A stretch of DNA of 58,830 bases, the filler included, from Dugesia japonica (lineage: Eukaryota), in the NCBI GenBank assembly GCA_001938525.1. It is 5 parts of 5 records of this genome, joined end to end, with 100 filler letters (N's around TTAATTAATTAA, not from the genome) between each part and the next. Parts side by side here need not be neighbours in the genome. Positions count along the whole stretch, not along the records: positions 47,380 to 58,830 come from MQRL01609049.1; 4 more parts are not named here. One strand, written 5' to 3'. The position numbers and the translations under genes were made by a program. Below are positions 49,483 through 58,830 of this stretch, piece after piece (the first letter of the stretch is position 1; each line of letters starts with the position of its first letter). A model generated the notes under the pieces. It did no database searches. It had not been told where the DNA came from and saw only the letters and a program-made list of their open reading frames with translations.

Positions 49483-52400
49483 TAAAATAATAATAATGAT
49501 TATTATTATCAATATTATAAAAACTTCATTAAAAATATTTCAAATTATGCATATTTTAAAAATAAATTTGAAAATATCGGAAATAATTTTAAAACTATAA
49601 TAGGCAAATAACAATTTGGTTTTGAAGTTCAATAATAATGACAAAAAATATTTTAATTTTTGTAATAGTGAAAGTTCAAAAATNTTNCAAAAATCTGTAT
49701 TTGAACTAATTTAAATTAGCCACAAAGTTAAACAATCAACAAAATCTAGAAAAACTTAAAAATAATCGAGAAATAAATCGAGAAATACATCTTTACGCTT
49801 GTGAATTTGTCTGTAACTCTCAAGTTATAAAGGTTATATAAATCATTACAGAATCATACTAGTTATAGAAGTATAATTTTAAAGTTTAATTGATTCTTAA
49901 TTTCATGCAAATTTTATTTTATATAAAAAATTAATGTAATTAAACATTTTGAAGATATTACAGAGTGACATAAAGTAAATTAAATTTAAATTGATCGCTA
50001 TTTTTATAAAAAAAATATGTAAGAATAAAGTTTTGAATCGAATTATAAAAAAATTATGAAAGTGTAACAATAAAACTTTTTAAAATTAAACGAACTTTNA
50101 AAAAAAAGAAACGGTACCTTGCAAAAATTGTAAACTAACATCACTTTTGTGTAAAATAAACGTTAGTATTTTTAAAAAATGTTCAGAGACGATCATTTAC
50201 CAGAACTCATTATTTAATTAAAATGTTATGAATCAATATTTAATATAAATAAAAATCACATTGATATATAATACCATGTTCTTTTTTTCAAATAAAAAAT
50301 AGCAGTTATTCGATAATACTGTATTTATTGGATAGTAAAGTGTTATTTAATTATATTTGAATACTTGTTAAATTATTATTCCCAATGTTTTGAAGAAATA
50401 AATTATTCTTTGTTAATGAAATATTTGGATCGTTTTTGTTACTAATATATATCTTGGTTTATCGGCCAAATTACGAATCTTTAAAGTATAATGAGTTCCA
50501 ATTTCCATAGTAATTACTGGTGTTATTCTAATTAAATAACTGACTAATATTAGTTTGTTAGAAGACATTCTTTCGAAATATGATCATTCCATTCTGGCAT
50601 TGCATATTCATTTTGGTATATGTAATTCTAAAATTAATTGAGTTAATTTATTTTTTTTGTGTTTCCTGCTGATCCAAAGTAAAATCATGTATCATTTATT
50701 TGTCTTTTACAAATTAATTCTATAAAAACATAATTATCTATTATAATTTTGCATAAATCCCAATATATTTTTTATTCTAAATATCCTTCAAATTTCTTTA
50801 GTCTATTATACTTTCTTTTCTTTTATGAAACTCATGTTAGCATCCATCCATATTTATCTAAATCAGCTTTATTATCATCCAACCTGTTAAGTGTCCATAT
50901 TCTCTTTTAAAAATTTCGTAAGTTAATTTAAAATTTAACATCGACATCTGTTAATTCTATTGATACTCTTTAATAAAGTTAGCATTATAAATATCCAATC
51001 GATTTGAAAATTGCTTTCATTAAATGAAATATTGTTACTGAAGATGGTGATATTTTAATTAAATCATTTTTAAAGATTGAATGACTAAAATCAAAGTTAT
51101 TATCAAGATCTAATTTTGAAATTTTATTATAAATTATTTTTATTGTAACTTTCCTTTTATTTTCTTTAAATTTTCAATAATTAATTTATTTTCCGTTTCT
51201 TTTCAGGATTTATGTTATTTATTAGTTTATTAGTTTAATATTTGTTTAATATTAGTTTAAATATTTTTGGGTTTGCTTAAAATTCTATTTTATTTACACT
51301 TCTAGTTTTGATTCTAATTTTACATTTAATTTTTGGTTCTAAGAAATTTATATTAATTAGCTGTTTCATTTAATTTGACTCAAAAAATATCGGATCGACG
51401 GTTCCTTTGTATTTTCCATCTATTTTTAGTTTTGTTTTCCTTTTTCTTTCTAATTTGTTGTATGTTATAATAATTTAAATACTTTCTTACCGTTTCACTT
51501 GTTATGCCTATATTTCATTTATTTTTCTGTACAATTTACTGTACTGTTTATATTATAGCTTACTAAATAACATAAAATTATCATTTTTCTTGAAAAATCG
51601 TATTTTTAATGACTTTTCATGTTTTGGTGAGAAATATCTCCTTAAAGAGACATCTTTTATGTGTACTGGGAAGGAGTTTTGCTTGTTTCAAGGGTACCCA
51701 AATTTTAAAATTACTACACCATTGAAAGTTTAGTAAGTTCAAAATTGCAATTTAATACTAAACTGGTCATAATTTATTTGAATATGATTGGTTACTTATA
51801 ATTTAACAAAAATCATGTAAAACTTGTTAGATGAGTTTTGAGGAACTCGGATTATCAACATCAAAATTCAACTACATAAAATTTATTTCAAAATAAAAAC
51901 TATAACCATCATTATTTGTTTATTCAAACAAATTAAAACTTCATGCTCTAATTGGAAATTATTTTTCAAAAATTTAAAAATTTAGATTTAAAACTTGATT
52001 TAAATTAATTTGAAAATTTACAGAAAAATAATTATTTTTAATAACATATCATTTAAAAGTTTCACAAAAACTTTCATAAAATTTTCAAAACAAAGTCACT
52101 TGCTATTAAATTATCATTTTAAAATCTTCTGAACTTTCAAAACAAAATTGTCATTTCCAAAAATTTTAATTTCTTAATTAATTTGTTATTTTGATTTTTT
52201 TTAAAAAAGATTTTTTAAAAACACAATTTCTACCCAGAGCACAAACCTTTTAACTCGCTTCTAAACCACTCATTAAAAGTTTACTAAGTTCTTATATTAT
52301 AGAAAAAGGTTAGAAATAATAATACACAACAGACACGCACATTTAATAAATACACACAAATTTTTATTAACGATTTTTTATTAACTTTTAACGGTGTATT

Positions 52401-53309
52401 ATAATTAATAAAGTTTTATTTAAGATTTTTAAAATATACCTTTAACAAATAAAATTGATTCTCACTTAATTTGTTAAATATTTTTAAAAGTTTTTAAATA
52501 AAATTTTACATAAAAATATTTAAAAAAAATTAAAAGTTCGGACTATAAATCGATATTTCTTTTTTGAGAAATCAAACAATTTTTCATCAAACTAAAATTG
52601 AATTTAAAATTAAACTTGTTAACATATGATTTTCTTTACTATTTTCAATAAAATTATTTAATTTATTTCACTGTAATTAAAACTGAAAATAAAACAAAGT
52701 AGAAATCTTTTTTTTTCTTATTCATTTTTTTACCGACAATTTCAGGATTGACTAATATAATCAATTATAATGCTTTGATTTCATTTTGTTTTCTGTTGTA
52801 TTTAAATTATTTATAAATTCATTAGTTCGGATAAACAAACTGAGATCAGTAGGAATTAATTAGCAAATTAACAAATCAATTATTTTATTAAACTAAATGT
52901 GTTTTTTTTTGTATTAATGAAAATAGACCGATGGAATTGCCGATTTTTATTCAGTCTTCTATTTCGTTTTAACATCATCATTACTGTTAATCTTTGCTCA
53001 TTTATTGTCAGTAATAATAACAAAATCAGTTTTGATCTTATTTCTTTACGAATTTTATTTATTTCTTTATTTATCGACTGTTTTAAATAATTTTTCTTTT
53101 TAATAAATTAATTCTTATAAAGTCAAAATAAAATTAATTAGAGTTGGATAAGTAAATCGTTGTGATTAACAACACTTTTTTATTATTAACTAATTGATGT
53201 ATGATTCATAAAGATAATTGGTTCAGTTTTAATTTTTACTTTAATAGATGACACAGTTTTTTATATTCAATTTCTTAGAAGGTTCTTAGTTATGAAGCGG
53301 TGAAAATTA

Positions 53310-53313
53310 AATT

Positions 53314-53381
<68 letters not shown>

Positions 53382-53431
53382 NNNNNNNNNNNNNNNNNNN
53401 NNNNNNNNNNNNNNNNNNNNNNNNNNNNNNN

Positions 53432-53500
<69 letters not shown>
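53310..53500. repeat. (ATT)n microsatellite
   Basis: Long ATT run interrupted by an N gap. Confidence 0.97.
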
Positions 53501-53502
<2 letters not shown>

Positions 53503-53754
53503 TGTGTTATTTGAGTTATGTTTCAATAGAAATTTTAAATTCTACTTTTCACATAATTGAAAATTCATAAAAAATTTGTTCTTTTGGCATTGTTAATTTA
53601 AATATGTTAGAATAATATGTTAACAGATTTTAAATTGTAATCAACAATGGTTTTCATTCAAATAAGTAAAATTTGCAATTTCAAATGCTTTTATTCCCGG
53701 AAATTGGAGTTTTTTAGTAAAAATATTATGATGAATAATAGTTTTCATTTGACA

Positions 53755-53757
53755 TTA

Positions 53758-53823
<66 letters not shown>

Positions 53824-53873
53824 NNNNNNNNNNNNNNNNNNNNNNNNNNNNNNNNNNNNNNNNNNNNNNNNNN

Positions 53874-53936
<63 letters not shown>
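53755..53936. repeat. (ATT)n microsatellite
   Basis: Long ATT run interrupted by an N gap. Confidence 0.97.
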
Positions 53937-53938
<2 letters not shown>

Positions 53939-55984
53939 AAAACAAATAACGCCATTTAAAATAAAATTTCACTGTTATATATTCTGACGGATCAACTGTT
54001 ATCATCAGACAAACATGAGTTTATTCAGTCTATATTATTTAAACAAAGATTCAAGCAATTATACTGAATATAAGATGTCTATATTCATAATTCTTAATTT
54101 TTTAAATTTTATCAAGTTTTCAATAAACATTTATTTATATGCTAGTAAAATTTTTCTTTAATAATATTTCATTAAAATTACTATTTTAAACAAATAAAAA
54201 TTAATAAAATCAAAAACTTTTTTCAAATGTATTATAAAATTTTAAAAGTAAAATAATAAAATTGAAAATTATTTTGCAAATTTAAAATACATAACCTATA
54301 AAAACCTATAAAAAACAAAAATATATTAAAATTTCAAAAATTAAAAAAAATTTTATATCTAAAAATTTTTAATCAATTTAGACGAGAGAGGTGTCTGGAA
54401 ATTAATGCTTGGATTATGAAATCTGATGATTGACAACTCATTCAACACTCTCTCCCAATAATTTTTACATTGCTTTAACAACATTTTAAAAGTTGAAATT
54501 TCAACATTCGCTTTACAATTACTTTTATTTTAATTTTTATGCTCAGCAATATTACTACCACCACTAAAACTATTATGCTCTTGAACCCTTGTACAGAGAT
54601 GACAGGCAGTCTTTCCGATGTATGTGGCATCACATACATTACATTTAAATTGATAAACAAGATTAGAAGACTAACCAATTGGTGTCTGGGATTTACTAAC
54701 AAAGCTATTAACAATCTTATGTGAATGTTGGGTTTACACAACATGCATTACAATAATCAAGCAGTCACAAGCAATCATCCAAACATAAGAATCTCCACCA
54801 AACACATAACATAAACATAACAATAAAGTATTTCCAATCCAAAGCAATCACGATCCCAACAGTAAATAACCAGAACAGATTCAAATCAAACCAGAAAATC
54901 AATCTACTAATTTCCTATATCCGGACTATATTAAACAATTGAAAGTGTTAATCCTCCTCATATGAAAATCTCGTATTTGATAAACTATCTTTGTGCAATA
55001 TCCTAGTTTATGTTCAACTATATTATAACTATGTGATTTGTGTATTATTGAACTATGTGATTTGTATATTCATTCTAATTACTTAACTTTACATATTTGT
55101 ATTTTATCTTGCGTGTATAAACCAAATGTATTATTTTTATTATTTTATAAAAAATTTGAAATAAAGTGTTTTTATGTAATTAAATAAAATGGAACATTTA
55201 AACAAATTATAATATTATAAGTTTTATTGAATTGAAATTTTTGTAAATATTCTTGTAAAAATTTAATTATCAAAAATATAATTTAGAAAATTATTATTAT
55301 ATTAATGTTATTTTTCTTAATAAAAATTCTTAAAAAACAAAAAAATACTATATTTATTTGTAAATTTTATTTTTCTTTATAGAAAATAATTTATGATGTT
55401 GTTTTCCTGTCAATTGTAGCGTTACGGTATTTTATCCTGGTATAAATACCGATAAAAATTCAGTCGAAATTGCTCTTTCATTCTAATCGATTTTTGATCG
55501 ATTTGATCGTGTCGTCTGAAAAAGCTATAACTGAATATTCTGTCATTGCGACTTGTTTATTCTTTTATTAAAATTCACTATTGAATTTTAACTTTTTATC
55601 TCAATAAATTTTATCAAGTAAATATTACTTTCATTTAATATAGCAAAGTTATATCAATTATTTGCAACTATATAATCTATATATAAAAGTATCTAAAATC
55701 AATAAAAATATTTCTGATCCGTTTAGGAAAAGTCATATTTACAGCGAAGTCAATTAATACTATAATAATTAACTTAGCTCTATATTAAGTTTATTGTCAT
55801 TGTGACGATCTACTTAATATATTATTAGAGCCCTTAATCTGCTGGTTGGAAGCCTTAACATGAAATAGAAACAATTTTCAATAAAGGAAGATCCTTGGCA
55901 GCTTTCAGTATCAAATTCTTTAACTTTTTAAAACCTTCAGAATATGAGCAAAACTAGAATATGTAATCGCACATAAATTTTACT

Positions 55985-56175
55985 CGCCGTCTAAAAAGCT
56001 TGAAAATTTCTAAATCACTTATGTACTAATATCCCTGGCGAAGTTAATCCAATTATTTAATGCACACGACTGTGTGCCGCCACTTAAAAAGCTTGAAAAA
56101 TTCTAAATCACTAGCGTAATCATCTTCTTAAGTCAACGGGGGAGGTGATCCAGTGCGCCACTATCTACCTACATG
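55985..56175 (+). repeat. Repeat fragment similar to 10320-10560
   Basis: Shared ctaaaaagc.tgaaaa, cacttatgta, attatttaa.gcacac...tgtgtgccgcc and ccacta..tcta blocks. Confidence 0.55.
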
Positions 56176-56533
56176 ATATGACGTTACTTTGTTAGCTAAT
56201 TCGAGAAGTAGTTACCTACAACGTTGTCAATTATTGATTCACAACAATTATAAATACAGAGGCAACTTTCAAGAAAATCAATAAACAAAAATCTTGAGTA
56301 AAGAGACTTTACTTTAACTTAAAACTTAAAAGGCAAATAATATTACTCCTTCAGAGTGAATATCTCTGCGAGATTCAAAGTGATAAAAATCTTATATGGG
56401 TAAGAATACTACTGAATAGGAGAAGAGAATATATGTTCCTTAATTAAATGAATGAATTACACTTGTATTATATAAAGGAACATAGACATCATTTAGAGGA
56501 ATAAATAAATGAATATCCATAAAATAACAATTT

Positions 56534-56625
56534 AATTTGATCGAAACTATTTTTTCAATGAAATCTCAAATGCGATCAATGGTTAAATCCAACAATTATT
56601 CTCGCAATAACTGTAATTGTAAAAT
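56534..56625 (+). repeat. Arm of the foldback repeat family
   Basis: aatgaaatctcaaatgcgatcaatggttaaatccaacaattattctcgcaataactgtaattg, close to 19105-19167; weaker copies at ~46025 and ~58357. Confidence 0.8.
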
Positions 56626-58830
56626 ATTCTTCAGTTTAACGATGATTATGCTCCAGATCTAATATGCTTTATTAGCAATTAGTTTTCGAGCATTGTATCA
56701 ATAAAACAAAGTTACTCAATTAGATACGGAAGAATATTTCTCACCGTAACGATGGAGAGAAATAAAGCGGCAAGTATCATATGATTTAAAGGGCGACAAC
56801 GACAACATACATAGCAAAAAACAATGTTTTCTAAAGAATTTACTGAAATGATAAAAAGAAAAGCTCAATAGCTAAATAATGACTGACTCAGGGAGAAAGA
56901 ATTTGAAGAAAATACGGAAAAGAACAGTTTCTACCAAAAGCTTTTAGTACCTGCAAAGAATATTTAAAAAAATACTAGGTTAATGTGCCCTAGATTATTG
57001 TAGCCCTTTCAAAATCGAAAAGTATTTTATATTCTAAAGCCAGATGAATCATTTGTTTAACTCTACTTATAATGTGATCATAACAGAATGTGTTTCTTTA
57101 GTACCTGGCCGTAAATTTCAGTAGGAGTTATACACAAACAAGTTTAACATGTACGGTATCCAGTTAAAAAATATAGAAGGCACTACTTAGAAAGTTTTTG
57201 AATAAATTGATAATGTGCATTGATGCTTATTTCATTCCATTTTATTTATTGGTGATTAATTACAAGGTGATTAACAGACGAGTGATTTACTTTTGAGTGT
57301 TTAAATGTCAGATGATTAAATCCATCATGCCAGTGATTAAATGTCACCAAACCAACTTGTAATATTATGGTTTTATCTTTCTCTTTTGAATAGTGGACTT
57401 TTGTAACTAAACTTACACAGATCGTTTTATTCAAAAGAAAATACTTGTTATTAATATCTAATGTTTCTTGTTGTAAATCATCTAATCTTGCTAACATTAA
57501 TTATTGTACGTTTCTTGTTAATTCCACTTTACTTGCTTTAAAATATTCAATGTTATGATTTCGGTATTCCCTAAGTAATTTATCCAAACACTTTTCATGA
57601 TAGCCTATTGACAATTGTCGAAGCCATTCATCAAGCAATTTTTTGNCGTTTTTGCCTGAATTTTGATAAATTATTTTCGTAACTGGTACTCATATAATCA
57701 GATAAAGTATGGTTCTTCTTTTTAAAGTGATCATCACAAATTTCAAAATGTAGGCTTACATTTTCATTTCCACCACAAATAGTTGATTATTTGTGAAAAA
57801 GACCTTTTCACTTTTGAAAAATTTTCTACATATTTTACACTTGAATTTACATTGGTTTTTCACACATGTTTTTTTTGAACATGTAATCCAAGACCCGCTT
57901 TATTTTAAAAAACATTTTCATAATTATTGCACATTAGTTAAATCTTTATTAAAAAACCTAGTCTAATTATAAAAAACTTTTTGTTTTCTTCTAACGTCAG
58001 TTTCAAAACTTCTGAAATCAGCTTTGCCACTCCTAAGGTCATTGGTCAGTATGAAAAATTCTGACTGCATATTTTATGAGTGGCAAAACTAAACATTACA
58101 AATTTTAAAATGGTAGTTTTAATGGTAGGGCTCAAACGTCTTGAATTAAAAACACCATTTTATTACAACTATCAATAAACTTTTATCATGTTGGCAAAAA
58201 TGCAGGGATTCCAATGGTGTTTATTTTTAAATAAAATTTCTGTAATGAACTTAGTTATGACAGTTTAAAATTTGGTTTCAAAATATTAACTTGGAAGCAA
58301 TCAATTGTTTTGATGTTATTATTCATTACTTTTTAAATCAATATTAAACATGAAAATTTTGATCGAAGCTTGTATTTTAATGAAATCTTAAATGATAGAT
58401 GATTACGTCCAACAATTATAAAGCATAAAAACTAAAAATACATATAGGGAATCTATTTAAATTGCAGGTGTAAAAATACATAAATAAAATATTTGAATTA
58501 CAATTTACTTGAAAATTCTAAAATAACAATTTGTTTATATATATATATATATATATAATAAATAAGTTTAAGTCGATTATCATATTCAGAATAGATATTC
58601 CTCAAATCCACAAATTATTGAAGCTGTTATTCTACAATCGGATAGCGAGTCTGACAAAGACTACATTGTTTCTAGTAGAAGCATTGAAAATAAACTCAAT
58701 CGTCCTAATAGCCATTTTACAATTCGAGCGAATTTATCATCTAAGTCGAAATCAGTCACAAATGATGTTAGTTTTATATTTAATGTATTTTGTGATATTT
58801 AATATAATATAAATATTATTATTATTATTA

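Noticed and set aside
53290-54005. Poly-Asn/Leu/Ile ORFs
   Set aside because: Translations of ATT microsatellites.
57240-57950. THAP-like remnant (ICDDHF) on the minus strand
   Set aside because: One short motif in broken frames; insufficient to call.

Overview
Very AT-rich eukaryotic DNA, probably animal; the ATT microsatellites and mariner/Gypsy load are planarian-like, but the host is only an inference. The window is five contigs joined by artificial N-TTAATTAATTAA-N linkers (10149, 28016, 38826, 47324), so adjacency across these points is not evidence of linkage. Two diverged members of one Polinton/Maverick (adintovirus-like) family dominate it. Element A (~12.8-28.0 kb) is decaying; element B (28.1-38.8 kb) is nearly intact but truncated at both ends. 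Both encode a protein-primed PolB, packaging ATPase, adenain-type protease, penton-like minor capsid protein, adenovirus pX-like core protein, fibre-like protein, a membrane protein with an N-terminal YPxL motif, and a retroviral-type integrase. In A the integrase is fused in frame to a parvovirus-type PLA2 domain that the ORF track missed. A six-gene virion block is inverted between the two elements, and no major capsid gene is visible. A 4.48-kb TG...CA element with a 4-bp target duplication sits in the subterminal tandem array of element A and carries four small exon-like coding cassettes. The rest is transposon debris (Gypsy, mariner, MITEs, a foldback repeat family), a PRP16/DHX38 fragment and microsatellites.
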